This document shows, piece by piece, positions 51,766 through 61,994 of a DNA stretch of 64,000 nucleotides. Positions within the stretch are counted from its first letter, which is position 1. Each line of letters opens with the position of its first letter. Below the pieces are notes generated by a model. The model was not told where the DNA came from. It did no database searches and worked only from the letters and a program-made list of their open reading frames with translations. The position numbers and the translations under genes were made by a program. The DNA is taken from the sequence record NZ_CP104760.1. One strand, given 5' to 3'. This DNA is from a plasmid.

Positions 51766-52530
51766 ATGCAGTCTATACCATTATGGGTTCAGGCCGGGTT
51801 CTGGGGGTTTGTTTCAGGTTTTGCACTGGTTATCGGGGCGGCAGTGGCTTATTTTATTGCAGTTCCGCAACGTATGATTGCCAGCATTATGGCTTTTGGC
51901 AGTGGGGTACTGATTTCCGCTCTGTCATTTGAATTAATGGATGAAGCATATAAAACCGGTGGGTTTGACTCTACCGCAGCTGGCTTCATAGGGGGCGCGG
52001 CAGTATACACGCTGGCCAGCTATATAGTTGCAAAGCGGGGAGGACGACACCGCAAACGTTCAGGCGGTAAGCAGCCCTCTGAGCAGGAGCAGGATGGCAG
52101 CGGAATGGCGATCGCGGTCGGGGCTTTGCTGGACGGCATCCCGGAATCAATAGTGATTGGTCTCTCTATGCTTCATGGCGGAGCCGTGAGCGTGGTTGCA
52201 GTCATTGCCATTTTTCTTTCAAACATACCCGAAGGGCTCTCCAGCGCGGCTGGCATGAAGAAAGCGGGGCGCTCAGCGCGTTATATTTTTGGCGTATGGG
52301 CAGGAATTGCCGTTATATCAGGCTTCGCCGCGCTGGCAGGTTATACCGTTTTCCAGGGTTTTTCAGCCGACGTGGTGGCTGCTACCACAGCCGTCGCAGC
52401 CGGAGCTATTCTTGCCATGCTGGTAGATACGATGATCCCTGAAGCCTTTGAAGTGACCCATGACTATGCCGGGCTCATTACCGTCTGCGGTTTCCTTGCC
52501 GCCTTCATTCTCAGTAAGCTGGGCGGCTGA
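51766..52530 (+). CDS. ZIP-family divalent metal transporter (ZupT-like)
   Basis: 8-TM protein, His/Gly-rich cytoplasmic loop, NIPEG metal-binding motif in TM5. Confidence 0.75.
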   Translation: MQSIPLWVQAGFWGFVSGFALVIGAAVAYFIAVPQRMIASIMAFGSGVLISALSFELMDEAYKTGGFDSTAAGFIGGAAVYTLASYIVAKRGGRHRKRSGGKQPSEQEQDGSGMAIAVGALLDGIPESIVIGLSMLHGGAVSVVAVIAIFLSNIPEGLSSAAGMKKAGRSARYIFGVWAGIAVISGFAALAGYTVFQGFSADVVAATTAVAAGAILAMLVDTMIPEAFEVTHDYAGLITVCGFLAAFILSKLGG

Positions 52531-52907
52531 ACAGACCACAGACAGAGAAGAGACCGCAGGGGCTGAAGTCATAGCCGTATCGACGGCTGGTGAATAAATC
52601 AGTTTTATCGGTATGGCTCCAGCCTGTCACTCAGAAAATGTCATATCTGTATGAACTCCATACAGAGGCATCAGCTCTTACAGGGGCGTTTTTTTACGAG
52701 CCTACAGCCGCTTTCTGCTTTGCCTTTCGAAGCCCGTAGCCTTCCTGCATGCTTCTTGCTTAAAAGGCATGACGCTTGCCACAGGCTTTTGAACGGATTC
52801 GGCATCTTACAGGTGCTTAAAGTTCGTTTAATCATTGTTATGTTAAATTGCGCATGATGGATGAAGAAAACCGGCCGATTAAAGCAAAAGTAACGGGCGT
52901 AACGTCG

Positions 52908-52946
52908 ATGACAAATCAGGAAAGAAACGCCGGTCATTGCCGGCGT
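52908..52946 (-). terminator. Rho-independent terminator of minus-strand dehydrogenase operon
   Basis: AACGCCGG-tcattg-CCGGCGTT perfect hairpin followed on the minus strand by a U-rich tract (UUUCUUUCCUGAUUU). Confidence 0.65.
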
Positions 52947-52981
52947 TAACATAAAAATCATTGGGACCGAAACGTAAGCCC

Positions 52982-54304
52982 CTACTGATGCGGCTGGCCG
53001 GTATTTGGCTCGTTCTCCTTGTTCGGATCTTTTCTCTCAACGGTAGAGATATTCTTACGTAGCTTTTGAACCTGTTCTGCCGTCACTGCTGGCGCCTGGT
53101 TGCCCCAGCTTTCACGCACAAAGGTCAGCAGATCAGCCACCTGCTGATCATCCAGACGCCAGGCGAAATCCGGCATAGTCAGACCGGTCACGGCCTCTTT
53201 TGTCACCGCCATTTTGCCGCCACGCAGCACAATACTGATTAGCGAAGCAGGATCGTCGCTCAGCACCGCGCTATTATGCGCCAGCGCCGGGAACGTCTTC
53301 GCATAGCCCTTGCCATCGATGCGGTGGCAGGCTGAGCAATTATCCATATACTCCTGCGCGCCGCGATGGCTCATATCGCCTTTTATCAGCGCTGCCGTGG
53401 TGTTATCGTCCGCAGCTGGCGTGGCTGAATCCGCTCTGGCCGCTTTCAGCGACTTCAGATAGGTAGCCATCGCTTTCAGATCGGCATCGCTAAGATGCTG
53501 AGTGCTGTGTTCAATCACATCCGTCATTGAGCCGAAAGCGGCAGTGGTATCGGTACGTCCGGTTCGCAGGAAGGTGACGATCTCTGCCGGCTGCCAGTTG
53601 CCGAGGCCACTTTTCAGGCTGCCGGTAAGGTCCGGCGCGTGCCATCCTTCCAGCGTGCCGCCAGTAAGATAAGCGGCCTCTTTTTGATCCAGCGCCTTCT
53701 CCTGGAAAGCGATACCGCGCGGAGTATGGCAGGTGCCGCAGTGCTCAAGTCCCTGCACCAGGTAAGCGCCACGGTTCCATTCAGCGCTCTGCCCACTGTC
53801 TGGCTGAAATACCTTATCGTCATGAAAAACGATATTCCAGGCTGCCAGCGGCCAGCGCATGTTGAGCGGCCAGGGAATATCGCTGTCGCGATTGGTCTGC
53901 CTGACGGGCTTAACTTCCCGCATAAAGTAGTCATACAGCGCGTGCATGTCTGCGTCATTAATTTTGGCGAAAGCGGTATAGGGCATTGCCGGATAAAGAT
54001 GATGACCATCTTTCGCTATCCCCTCACGCAGTGCTTTAGCAAAGTCAGCATAACTGTATTCGCCGATTCCGGTGGCTTTATCGGGCGTAATATTGGTGCT
54101 GTAAATCGCCCCCACCGGTGTCGACATCTTCAGCCCGCCGCTGAAAGGTTCTGCTCCTGCTGCCGTATGACAGGCAACACAGTCCCCAGCTGTTGCCAGA
54201 TATTCTCCTTTGCTGACGTTACCGTTGCTGTCTGCTGCATGGCTGACAAGAGGTAACAGGGTCAGGGATAACAAAGGGATCAATTTTTTTAAACGCATGT
54301 TCAT
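52982..54304 (-). CDS. Membrane cytochrome c subunit (tri-heme), second dehydrogenase complex
   Basis: CVACH, CGTCH, CSACH heme motifs. Paralogue of 45964..47277. Confidence 0.85.
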   Translation of the reverse strand: MNMRLKKLIPLLSLTLLPLVSHAADSNGNVSKGEYLATAGDCVACHTAAGAEPFSGGLKMSTPVGAIYSTNITPDKATGIGEYSYADFAKALREGIAKDGHHLYPAMPYTAFAKINDADMHALYDYFMREVKPVRQTNRDSDIPWPLNMRWPLAAWNIVFHDDKVFQPDSGQSAEWNRGAYLVQGLEHCGTCHTPRGIAFQEKALDQKEAAYLTGGTLEGWHAPDLTGSLKSGLGNWQPAEIVTFLRTGRTDTTAAFGSMTDVIEHSTQHLSDADLKAMATYLKSLKAARADSATPAADDNTTAALIKGDMSHRGAQEYMDNCSACHRIDGKGYAKTFPALAHNSAVLSDDPASLISIVLRGGKMAVTKEAVTGLTMPDFAWRLDDQQVADLLTFVRESWGNQAPAVTAEQVQKLRKNISTVERKDPNKENEPNTGQPHQ

Positions 54305-54319
54305 TATCTTCCCTCCTTG

Positions 54320-56095
54320 TTATGCCTGAACCAAAGGTCCGGGGTTGGCCAGATACCGTGTACGAATCGCGTGCGCGGCGAAAAGCGCCGTCGCGCCTAC
54401 GATGCCGGTCGGGTTGTACGCCAGGTTCTGCGGGAAACAGCAGGCGCCTAACACGAACAGATTAGGTACATCCCAGCTCTGCAGGTACTTGTTCACCACG
54501 CTGTTTTTGGGGTTGTCGCCCATCACGGCGCCGCCAGTCGTGTGGGTGGACTGATAGGGACGCACATCGTAATGCGCTTTCATGCTTTTGAAGCCCATTT
54601 CGTAAGACTTCGGCCCAATCTGCCTGGTAATTTCTTCTGCCTTAGTGCCGACAAAATGCGTCATCTTCAGCTCATTTTCCTGCCAGTCGAATGTCATGCG
54701 CAGCAGGGGCTGGCCGTGAATATCTTTATAGGTTGGATCGAGATCGAGATAGCACTGTTTGTAAGGCATCACAGAGCCTGAGGAGCCGACGTTCATGGTG
54801 TGCAGATAAGCGTCTTTGATGGCCTGTTTCCAGCCGGAACCCCACTTAGGCGCATGAGCAGAAATGCCCAGCTGCTGAATCGGGCGCCCGCCGGTAATGG
54901 TGGCAGAGATCGTCGCGCCGCCAACGAAACCCAGCGCAGAGTGGTCGAAGTTTTCGGCGTTAAAATTGTCGATAAACATCCCGGTGGCGCCCGTCGCGGC
55001 AAAGGGGTTAAACCGCGTCTCGTTGTCAAAGAAGAGTTTCACCCCGCCGTTCATCTGATAAGCATAATTACGGCCCACGACGCCTTCGCCTGTGACAGGG
55101 TTGTAAGGCTTGCCGATTTGCGAAAGCAGCAACAGCCGCACGTTATGTAACTGGAAGGCGCTTAGTACCACCAGGCTGGCGGGCTGCTCGACCTCCTGGC
55201 CGTTAGCATCAATATAAGTCACACCTGTGGCTTGCTTTCCGGTTGAGTCGGTATTGACCCGTAAGACATGCGCCTGTGTGCGTAGCTCAAAGTTTTTGTA
55301 CTGATAGAGCGCCGGCAGTACGCAGGACTGCGGGGAGGCTTTGGAGTAGTTGTAACAGCCGAAGCGTTCGCAAAAACCGCAGTAGTTACAAACGCCTAAC
55401 TGTACGCCGTAGGGGTTGGTATAAGGTTCGGAACAGTTGGCTGCTGGCACCGGAAAGGGATCATATCCCAGCTCTTTAGCCGCTTTGCTGAACAGAATGC
55501 CTGAATATTGCTGCTTGAGCGCTCTGGTGGGATAAGGGTTGTTTCGCGGTGCCTCGAATGGATTCCCCCCTTCGACTTTTTCGCCGTTGAGATTTCCGGC
55601 CTGACCCGCGGTGCCGCATATTTTTTCGAACTTATCGAAATAAGGCTCCATCTCTTCATAAGTAAAGGGGTAATCCTGCACGGTCATATCGGCAGGAATG
55701 AAATCCGCGCCGTACTTTTCAATCACAGTGCTGCGCATTTTGAGGTCCGCTTCCAGCGGCCGCCATAACATGCCGTTCCAGTGTACGCCCGCTCCGCCTA
55801 CCCCATCTCCGGGTAGAAAAGAACCAAAGCGGCGATATGGCAAAGCCGTTTCGCTGGAGGTATGGCGTACGGTAACGGTTTCTTTAGAGGCGTTCTGAAA
55901 CAGCTTGAGGCGTACGCCATAGGTCAGTTCATCAACGATGCGCGGATAGGCAAAATCAGGATAGGTATCGCGCTGTTCACCGCGCTCCAGCGCAAGAATT
56001 TTGAGTCCCGTATCGGCAAGCTCCATCGCCATCAGCGAGCCTGTCCAGCCAAAGCCGACGATAACCACATCAACCGGATCTTTTTTGATCGCCAT
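54320..56095 (-). CDS. GMC-family FAD flavoprotein dehydrogenase large subunit, second copy
   Basis: VVIVGFGWTGS FAD motif. Paralogue of 44192..45961. Confidence 0.85.
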   Translation of the reverse strand: MAIKKDPVDVVIVGFGWTGSLMAMELADTGLKILALERGEQRDTYPDFAYPRIVDELTYGVRLKLFQNASKETVTVRHTSSETALPYRRFGSFLPGDGVGGAGVHWNGMLWRPLEADLKMRSTVIEKYGADFIPADMTVQDYPFTYEEMEPYFDKFEKICGTAGQAGNLNGEKVEGGNPFEAPRNNPYPTRALKQQYSGILFSKAAKELGYDPFPVPAANCSEPYTNPYGVQLGVCNYCGFCERFGCYNYSKASPQSCVLPALYQYKNFELRTQAHVLRVNTDSTGKQATGVTYIDANGQEVEQPASLVVLSAFQLHNVRLLLLSQIGKPYNPVTGEGVVGRNYAYQMNGGVKLFFDNETRFNPFAATGATGMFIDNFNAENFDHSALGFVGGATISATITGGRPIQQLGISAHAPKWGSGWKQAIKDAYLHTMNVGSSGSVMPYKQCYLDLDPTYKDIHGQPLLRMTFDWQENELKMTHFVGTKAEEITRQIGPKSYEMGFKSMKAHYDVRPYQSTHTTGGAVMGDNPKNSVVNKYLQSWDVPNLFVLGACCFPQNLAYNPTGIVGATALFAAHAIRTRYLANPGPLVQA

Positions 56096-56097
56096 GA

Positions 56098-56829
56098 TTA
56101 AACGCTCCTTTTCCCTGAGATGCTTACCGGACCCAATGGATAAGGCTTGTTCGGGTTATCCATCACCTGCTGGTAGTCAGCGCGGGCACCGGGAAAACCG
56201 ATCAGTTTCCATGAGGCGAGTGTCTGGTTACCACCATGCATCGGATCGGCGAGATAACCCTCCTGGGTATTCTCCAGTAACTGTTGGAAAAACAACTTCC
56301 CGGGAACGGCTTCAAAAATGAGTTTGCCCGCTTCGAGCTGACGCAGAATATCTTCCTGCTGTTCGTGGCTGAGGTCGGCGAAGACGTTTTGAAACTGCTG
56401 CTGGCAGTGTTCGTTAACGGCTTTAATACCGCGGCGATAGGTTTCGCGTGGCACAAGATTTGACTGATAGCCCAGTTCCGGCGCGGCGCTCGCGAAGGGA
56501 GCCTGCATATACCACAGCTGGCCATGCCCGTAAGGGAGCTCCATCTGTTTATCAATAAAAACCGGTACGCCTTCGCTGACAGCACCGGGACCATTACTGT
56601 CGCCGGGAATCAATCGATCGGTGGCCGCCAGAATGAAACGCCATTCTTCATTGTTGAAAAAAGTCGGCACGTAGTGATCTGAAACGCCAGCCGATTTTGT
56701 GTCGGTGTCTGCTGCGAGAACGCTAGCAGGCGCAATACTGCCGCCGACAACTGACAGAGGTATAAGTGACAGGGTTTTTTGCAGAAAGCTTCGCCGCGAG
56801 GCGCTATCCCCGTTAAGTTTTTTGCTCAT
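56098..56829 (-). CDS. Tat-exported small (gamma) subunit, second dehydrogenase complex
   Basis: Start placed at ATG 56829 (MSKKLNGDSASRRSFLQ), which has a GGAAGG RBS and a twin-arginine motif. Paralogue of 43445..44173. Confidence 0.75.
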   Translation of the reverse strand: MSKKLNGDSASRRSFLQKTLSLIPLSVVGGSIAPASVLAADTDTKSAGVSDHYVPTFFNNEEWRFILAATDRLIPGDSNGPGAVSEGVPVFIDKQMELPYGHGQLWYMQAPFASAAPELGYQSNLVPRETYRRGIKAVNEHCQQQFQNVFADLSHEQQEDILRQLEAGKLIFEAVPGKLFFQQLLENTQEGYLADPMHGGNQTLASWKLIGFPGARADYQQVMDNPNKPYPLGPVSISGKRSV

Positions 56830-57502
56830 TTTGCCTTCCAGTTGGTGTTTGCCAAATTGCCTGCTCAACAGGTGCCAGTGGCACTATGTTAAGCACGCTA
56901 ATAGTTCTTCTAGGAATTAATATGCTGCTAAAGTAATCTATTTTATTGAATGCAGAGATTAATAATTTGTTAAATTTTGTAAAGGTAATGTAAATTCACG
57001 GTTAAGCTTTAAAATCAGGTCCTTTGTTATCCTTATGATCGCTGGTGCCTGTCTGAACAATATTGATCCAGTTCATAAGTATCAGTACGTACTGATGGTT
57101 AATGCCGATGAGTTGGTCTGGAGAGACAGCGAACACGTCCGTCTGATGCGTGCAGGCTGTTTCAGGGGTGGGTAATGGCCAGCGGTGAGCGCGTCGTAGT
57201 CGTCTCCGGCGAAAAATCTGCAGAGCGTTATTAAGAGTGCGTGGATATCACCCAATATAAGTGTCGCCGGTAAGACAGCACGCTCTGGCAAATGGGTAAA
57301 CAAAATTAATTATTACGCACGCAGCTGTAAGGTAACGCAGCGTGACATTCTGGAAGGGCTTTGATGCCTGTGGCGGTTTTAGGATAAAGGCCATGGTCTG
57401 GCTTAAAAGTACCTATACGACTGAATTTCGGACGCTTCCCTGGTCTCTTCTTTTATCCCCGATAGCAAAAGATTTCATTCATGTGACGCTTTTTTGACAG
57501 CG

Positions 57503-57520
57503 CTGTCATAAATCTTTCAT
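57503..57520 (+). promoter_or_regulatory. Pho box (PhoB-binding site) upstream of pitA-ppk2
   Basis: CTGTCAT-AAAT-CTTTCAT matches the 18-bp Pho box (two CTGTCAT repeats, 4-bp A/T spacer) in 17 of 18 positions. An A/T-rich -10 candidate follows about 10 bp later. Overlaps the palindrome TGACAGCGCTGTCA. Confidence 0.6.
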
Positions 57521-57594
57521 AAAGTCTTTATATGTTAGTCACACTAATCGTTGTGCTTTAAGCTGCTTTCGCGATCTACAGGATATCTTTTCTG

Positions 57595-59214
57595 ATGAGT
57601 GATTACGTAACACCCCAGCCATTGAATGGCGCCGCAACGCCCTTTTCGCCAGATGAACCCCACACAAAAAAACAGAGTAACAAACCGCGGTTGCTGTTTA
57701 TCGTGTCGCTCATTTTCGGCGTGCTCTTTACGGGTACCCATCTCGCTGGCGATATTCAGCAGTCCGGTCTGAGCTTTAGCGGTTCGCTGCCGCTGATCCT
57801 GTTAGCAATTGCTTTGCTGGCGGCGCTTGGTTTTGAATTTGTAAACGGTTTTCACGATACGGCGAATGCCGTGGCAACGGTCATCTATACCCGCTCGCTG
57901 TCGCCCACAACGGCCGTAGTCTTGTCCGGGGTGTTCAACTTTCTTGGCGTGCTCTTCTCTTCAGGCGCAGTCGCCTTTGGCATTATTTCCCTGCTGCCGG
58001 TAGAGCTTATTCTGCAGGCAGGAAGCAGCGAAAGCTTTGCCATGATCTACGCCCTGCTCTTCGCCGCCATTATCTGGAACCTGGCGACCTGGTGGCTGGG
58101 GCTGCCCGCCTCCTCTTCGCATACGCTTATCGGGGCTATTATCGGCGTCGGCGTGGCCAATGCGATGATGCATGGCCGTAGCGCGCTGAGCGGCGTGAAC
58201 TGGGGACAGGCGATGAATATCGGTAAGGCGCTGCTCCTCTCGCCGGTAGTGGGCTTCGCCTGCGCCGCGCTGCTGCTGGTGATCATGAAGCAGTTGATCA
58301 AAAAACCGGCACTTTACCAGGCGCCGAAAAACCACGGCGCGCCGCCGTTATGGATCCGCAGCCTGATGGTGCTCTCCTGTACCGGCGTCTCTTTCGCGCA
58401 TGGCTCTAACGATGGACAGAAAGGCATGGGTCTGATTATGCTGATTCTGGTCGCCGCGCTGCCGGTAACTTATTCCCTGAATCGCGCCGAACCGCAGTCG
58501 AGCGTGCCGCATATCATTACCCTGGCGCAGAGCAGCCAGCAGCAACTACAGCAGCTGTCGCCGCTGGCACCAGCCGGTCAGCCGCACGCTGTGCTGACTG
58601 CTTATCTGCGCACCGGCGAGCGCAACGTTAACGTCCTGCCGGCGCTGGCGCAGGTAGCAGGCAATATCGGCGCGACGCTTAATCATTCTGGATCGATGGC
58701 GAACCTGCCTGCCGGGCAGGTTCCCGCGCTGCGTAATGAGATGTATCTGGCGGCAGAAACCATTAAACATCTGCAGGCCGACGCTACCCTGGCCTTGCCC
58801 GCTGCGACCCGGCAAAACCTGCAGTCGCTGCGCAGCGCGCTGGATGCCGCGACACAATTTATTCCCGCATGGGTCAAGATTGCCGTCGCTCTGGCGCTGG
58901 GTCTGGGCACCATGGTCGGCTGGCGTCGCATCGTCGCCACGCTGGGGGAAAAGATCGGCAAGCATCCGCTTAATTATGCGCAGGGCGTCAGCGCGCAGCT
59001 GGTGGCGATGGGCACCATTGGCGCGGCAGATGCGTTCGGCATGCCGGTTTCAACCACCCATGTGCTCTCATCGGGCATTGCCGGGACCATGGCGGCCAAC
59101 CGCAGCGGCTTACAGCTGAGCACCCTGCGCAATATGGCGCTGGCCTGGGTGCTGACGCTGCCTGCGGCTGCCCTGCTCTCCGCCGTCCTCTACTGGCTTT
59201 TGATTTCACTGTAA
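57595..59214 (+). CDS. pitA: Inorganic phosphate transporter, PiT family (PitA-like)
   Basis: GFHDTANAVATVIYTRSL, SSSHTLIGAIIGVG and GANDGQKGMGLIM blocks are near-identical to E. coli PitA. Confidence 0.9.
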   Translation: MSDYVTPQPLNGAATPFSPDEPHTKKQSNKPRLLFIVSLIFGVLFTGTHLAGDIQQSGLSFSGSLPLILLAIALLAALGFEFVNGFHDTANAVATVIYTRSLSPTTAVVLSGVFNFLGVLFSSGAVAFGIISLLPVELILQAGSSESFAMIYALLFAAIIWNLATWWLGLPASSSHTLIGAIIGVGVANAMMHGRSALSGVNWGQAMNIGKALLLSPVVGFACAALLLVIMKQLIKKPALYQAPKNHGAPPLWIRSLMVLSCTGVSFAHGSNDGQKGMGLIMLILVAALPVTYSLNRAEPQSSVPHIITLAQSSQQQLQQLSPLAPAGQPHAVLTAYLRTGERNVNVLPALAQVAGNIGATLNHSGSMANLPAGQVPALRNEMYLAAETIKHLQADATLALPAATRQNLQSLRSALDAATQFIPAWVKIAVALALGLGTMVGWRRIVATLGEKIGKHPLNYAQGVSAQLVAMGTIGAADAFGMPVSTTHVLSSGIAGTMAANRSGLQLSTLRNMALAWVLTLPAAALLSAVLYWLLISL

Positions 59215-59240
59215 TTTTTGCGCGACAGGGATAATAAACG

Positions 59241-60149
59241 ATGGCTACTCATCAAATTGATTACAACGACATGTTTGACGCGCGTCTTTTGCAGGAATTT
59301 TATGACAGCTATGACGAGTCATTTGAGCTGGAACTGGAAGATATCGCGGCGGCTAACAGCGATGATGCGGAACAGAAAGCCTGGCGGCGTCGCTACTTTT
59401 CCGAACTGCTGCATTTGCAGGGCGAGCTGGTTAAGCTGCAAAACTGGGTAGTGCGCACCGGCCACCGCTTAGTGGTGATTTTCGAGGGGCGCGACGCCGC
59501 TGGCAAAGGCGGTGTAATCAAACGCATCATGCAGCGACTCAACCCACGCTATTGCCGGGTGGCCGCGCTGCCTGCGCCAAACGAGCGCGAACGCACGCAG
59601 TGGTATTTCCAGCGCTACGTTGCGCATCTGCCTGCGGCCGGAGAGATCGTCTTGTTCGACCGTAGCTGGTACAACCGTGCCGGCGTGGAAAAGGTAATGG
59701 GCTTCTGCAGCGATGAGGAGTACCAGGAATTCTTCCGCAGCGCGCCGGAGTTTGAGCGCCAGCTGGTGCGCAGCGGCATTCAAATTGTTAAATACTGGAT
59801 TTCCATTACCGATGAAGAGCAGGAGACCCGCTTCCTCAGCCGTATTCACGATCCGCTGAAGCAGTGGAAACTCAGTCCGATGGATCTTGAGAGCCGTCGC
59901 CGCTGGGAGGATTACACTGTCGCGAAGGAGGTTATGCTGGAGCGCACCAACATTGAGGAAGCGCGCTGGTGGGTGGTGCAAGGGGTAGACAAGCGCAAAG
60001 CGCGACTTAACTGTATTGCGCATTTGCTGAAGCAGGTGCCGTATGAAGCGGAAGAGAGTGACAGGATCACGCTGCCCTCCCGTATTCATCGTGCAGATTA
60101 TGCCCGCCATCCGGTACCGGAAAATATGATTGTCCCGGATCGTTACTGA
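59241..60149 (+). CDS. ppk2: Polyphosphate kinase 2 (PPK2) family protein
   Basis: Walker A FEGRDAAGKGG, PPK2 lid/Walker B region (VLFDRSWYNRAGVE). Confidence 0.85.
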   Translation: MATHQIDYNDMFDARLLQEFYDSYDESFELELEDIAAANSDDAEQKAWRRRYFSELLHLQGELVKLQNWVVRTGHRLVVIFEGRDAAGKGGVIKRIMQRLNPRYCRVAALPAPNERERTQWYFQRYVAHLPAAGEIVLFDRSWYNRAGVEKVMGFCSDEEYQEFFRSAPEFERQLVRSGIQIVKYWISITDEEQETRFLSRIHDPLKQWKLSPMDLESRRRWEDYTVAKEVMLERTNIEEARWWVVQGVDKRKARLNCIAHLLKQVPYEAEESDRITLPSRIHRADYARHPVPENMIVPDRY

Positions 60150-60164
60150 TAGTCATCGTTCCGC

Positions 60165-60207
60165 CTGCTGCGGTCAGCGCAAACTGGCCGCGGCAGGGCT
60201 TCTTTCT
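60165..60207 (+). terminator. Rho-independent terminator after ppk2
   Basis: CUGCUGCGG...CCGCGGCAG stem (one G-U) followed by GGCTTCTTTCT. Confidence 0.5.
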
Positions 60208-61572
60208 AATCCGCTTTTAAAAGTTGCGCGCTAAGCTGTTATCGTGTGCTTACGAATTTCAGCTTTTCAAGGTGTCTTTTGCTTTAGGTAAGCATTTATT
60301 CTGCACTGCGTAATGTTAACAGTGGCGTGTCCTATTGCTTCCCGGACTGATATCAGGTTTTCCCCGTTATCCAGCATCATTGAAGCAAAAGCGCGATGTA
60401 TATCATGGCTTCGGTGTCAGCCCTGCGCTGTTCGTGGATGTTATATACCGCCTGTGGGGCATATGTTGAGAAGTCATATCGTCACCGGGGCGCTTACTTT
60501 TGAAGTACAGCCACCCTCTCGCTCTGAATGTTATCCGTCCAAATATCAATATATCGCCAGATGTTTTCTGGCATAAATACCATGAGTTCCTTGTTGCCCT
60601 CATCCTCCCGAATAATATATGCTCCTGAGAAAAGATGCCGTCTAGTCCAGCCCAACCTTCTGAACGGTGTAGACAGCCGGCGAGCATGACTGCCAGCATA
60701 GCGGCATCGCAAGGTCTTTTTAGCTAGCGTCCCATTCACAGCTACGGAAAAGAGCTCGGTGCTAGCGCGTGGCCGCGGAGCAGTTGACTAACCTACATCG
60801 CATGCATTGCCAGAGCCTGCTGATAACTTCTCATATCCATTTGCTTTATCATCCGCGTCTCGCAGGTAGTGCCTTTAAGAACATACAGATAGATTTTGAC
60901 AGTGACTGGTGCCCTACCGCTGTCTGAAAGCAGCTTCAACATGCCCCGGATATAGTGTCGCCGTAGTCAACCTCTGGCGCTGCTCTTCAGAAAAAAACCG
61001 GGCATATACGGCACGATATTAAGAAAGGATTCATCGTTTGACGGCTTGCGGTGCAGGACAGCCCTTCTAAGTCAGGATTCATCAATGGGCTGCTGTTTAT
61101 AATCTTAAGGGCAGACACGTTTTGTGCTTATGCTGGTGACAGTGTTAGCTTGAACGAAAGGAATCTAGTCGGTCGTTTTTCCCCAAAGAGATTATGGCGT
61201 GGGGCCTGTGTGATAAGCAGAATCTGACAGGATACCTCCTGCCAGGCCGCATCTGGTAAAGGTACTTTTTCAAAGAGACATTTTAATAAGTAGGAGTAAT
61301 CTAGGCTAAGCCTGCTAACAGTTGCACAGAATGTCGTCCAAGAAATCTGGCTGACATATAGTCAGTGACGTTGATGAGCAAAAAATGTAAAATTTTTCAG
61401 AGCAATTTCATGCTTCAAAGCTTTATAAATGGCATGATAAATGCTTGCAGCAAGTCGTATATTAGATAAGCTGGATAATTTCCTTTGTCCATACCTAACT
61501 AAACATCGATTTGGCCAGAATGATATATATCCCGCATATAAAGATAGTAAGGCAATTTTGTGAAAATCAGTG

Positions 61573-61601
61573 TTGACACAAATTATATGATAAGAGATTA
61601 T
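61573..61601 (+). promoter_or_regulatory. Sigma70-type promoter of low-GC two-gene cassette
   Basis: Perfect -35 TTGACA, 17-bp spacer, -10 GATTAT, about 30 nt before ATG 61632. Confidence 0.55.
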
Positions 61602-61631
61602 TTAAATGGTGATTTATAGGGCGCCTTCTTT

Positions 61632-61994
61632 ATGAGTGAAACTATTCAGATATTACAGATATTTCTTAGTTGGCCTGCTGTATTTATAATATGTATGATT
61701 ATAATGTTTAATCCGATCCGTTTGCTTTTGAAGCGTTTGGCTGAAAGCAATACAGCTAAAGCCAAACTCGGGTTTGTTGAAATTGAAATAGGTGAATTGG
61801 CCAAGAAAGGTAAGGCAGCAGTAGATAGCATCAACGAGCTTAATTTGATTATGGCAAAAACACGTTTGCTTGAACTGGAAGTTACAAAAGCAAATTTTTC
61901 CATGAGTTTTACGGGCGAAGAACAACTGAAATTAAATGGTTTAATCCTTGATCTCAAGAAAAATATTGATCATTTAGAAAGGGAAATAATATGA
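61632..61994 (+). CDS. Small membrane-anchored coiled-coil protein (120 aa), unknown function
   Basis: N-terminal TM segment (WPAVFIICMIIMFNPI) followed by a heptad-rich helical region. GC about 35%. The stop overlaps the next start (ATGA). Confidence 0.55.
   Translation: MSETIQILQIFLSWPAVFIICMIIMFNPIRLLLKRLAESNTAKAKLGFVEIEIGELAKKGKAAVDSINELNLIMAKTRLLELEVTKANFSMSFTGEEQLKLNGLILDLKKNIDHLEREII

Noticed and set aside
60150-61631. tRNA/tmRNA integration site at the island junction
   Set aside because: I scanned for T-arm (GGTTCGAATCC-like) and acceptor features and for tmRNA 5'/3' ends; none were found. No CRISPR-like regular repeats anywhere in the window.
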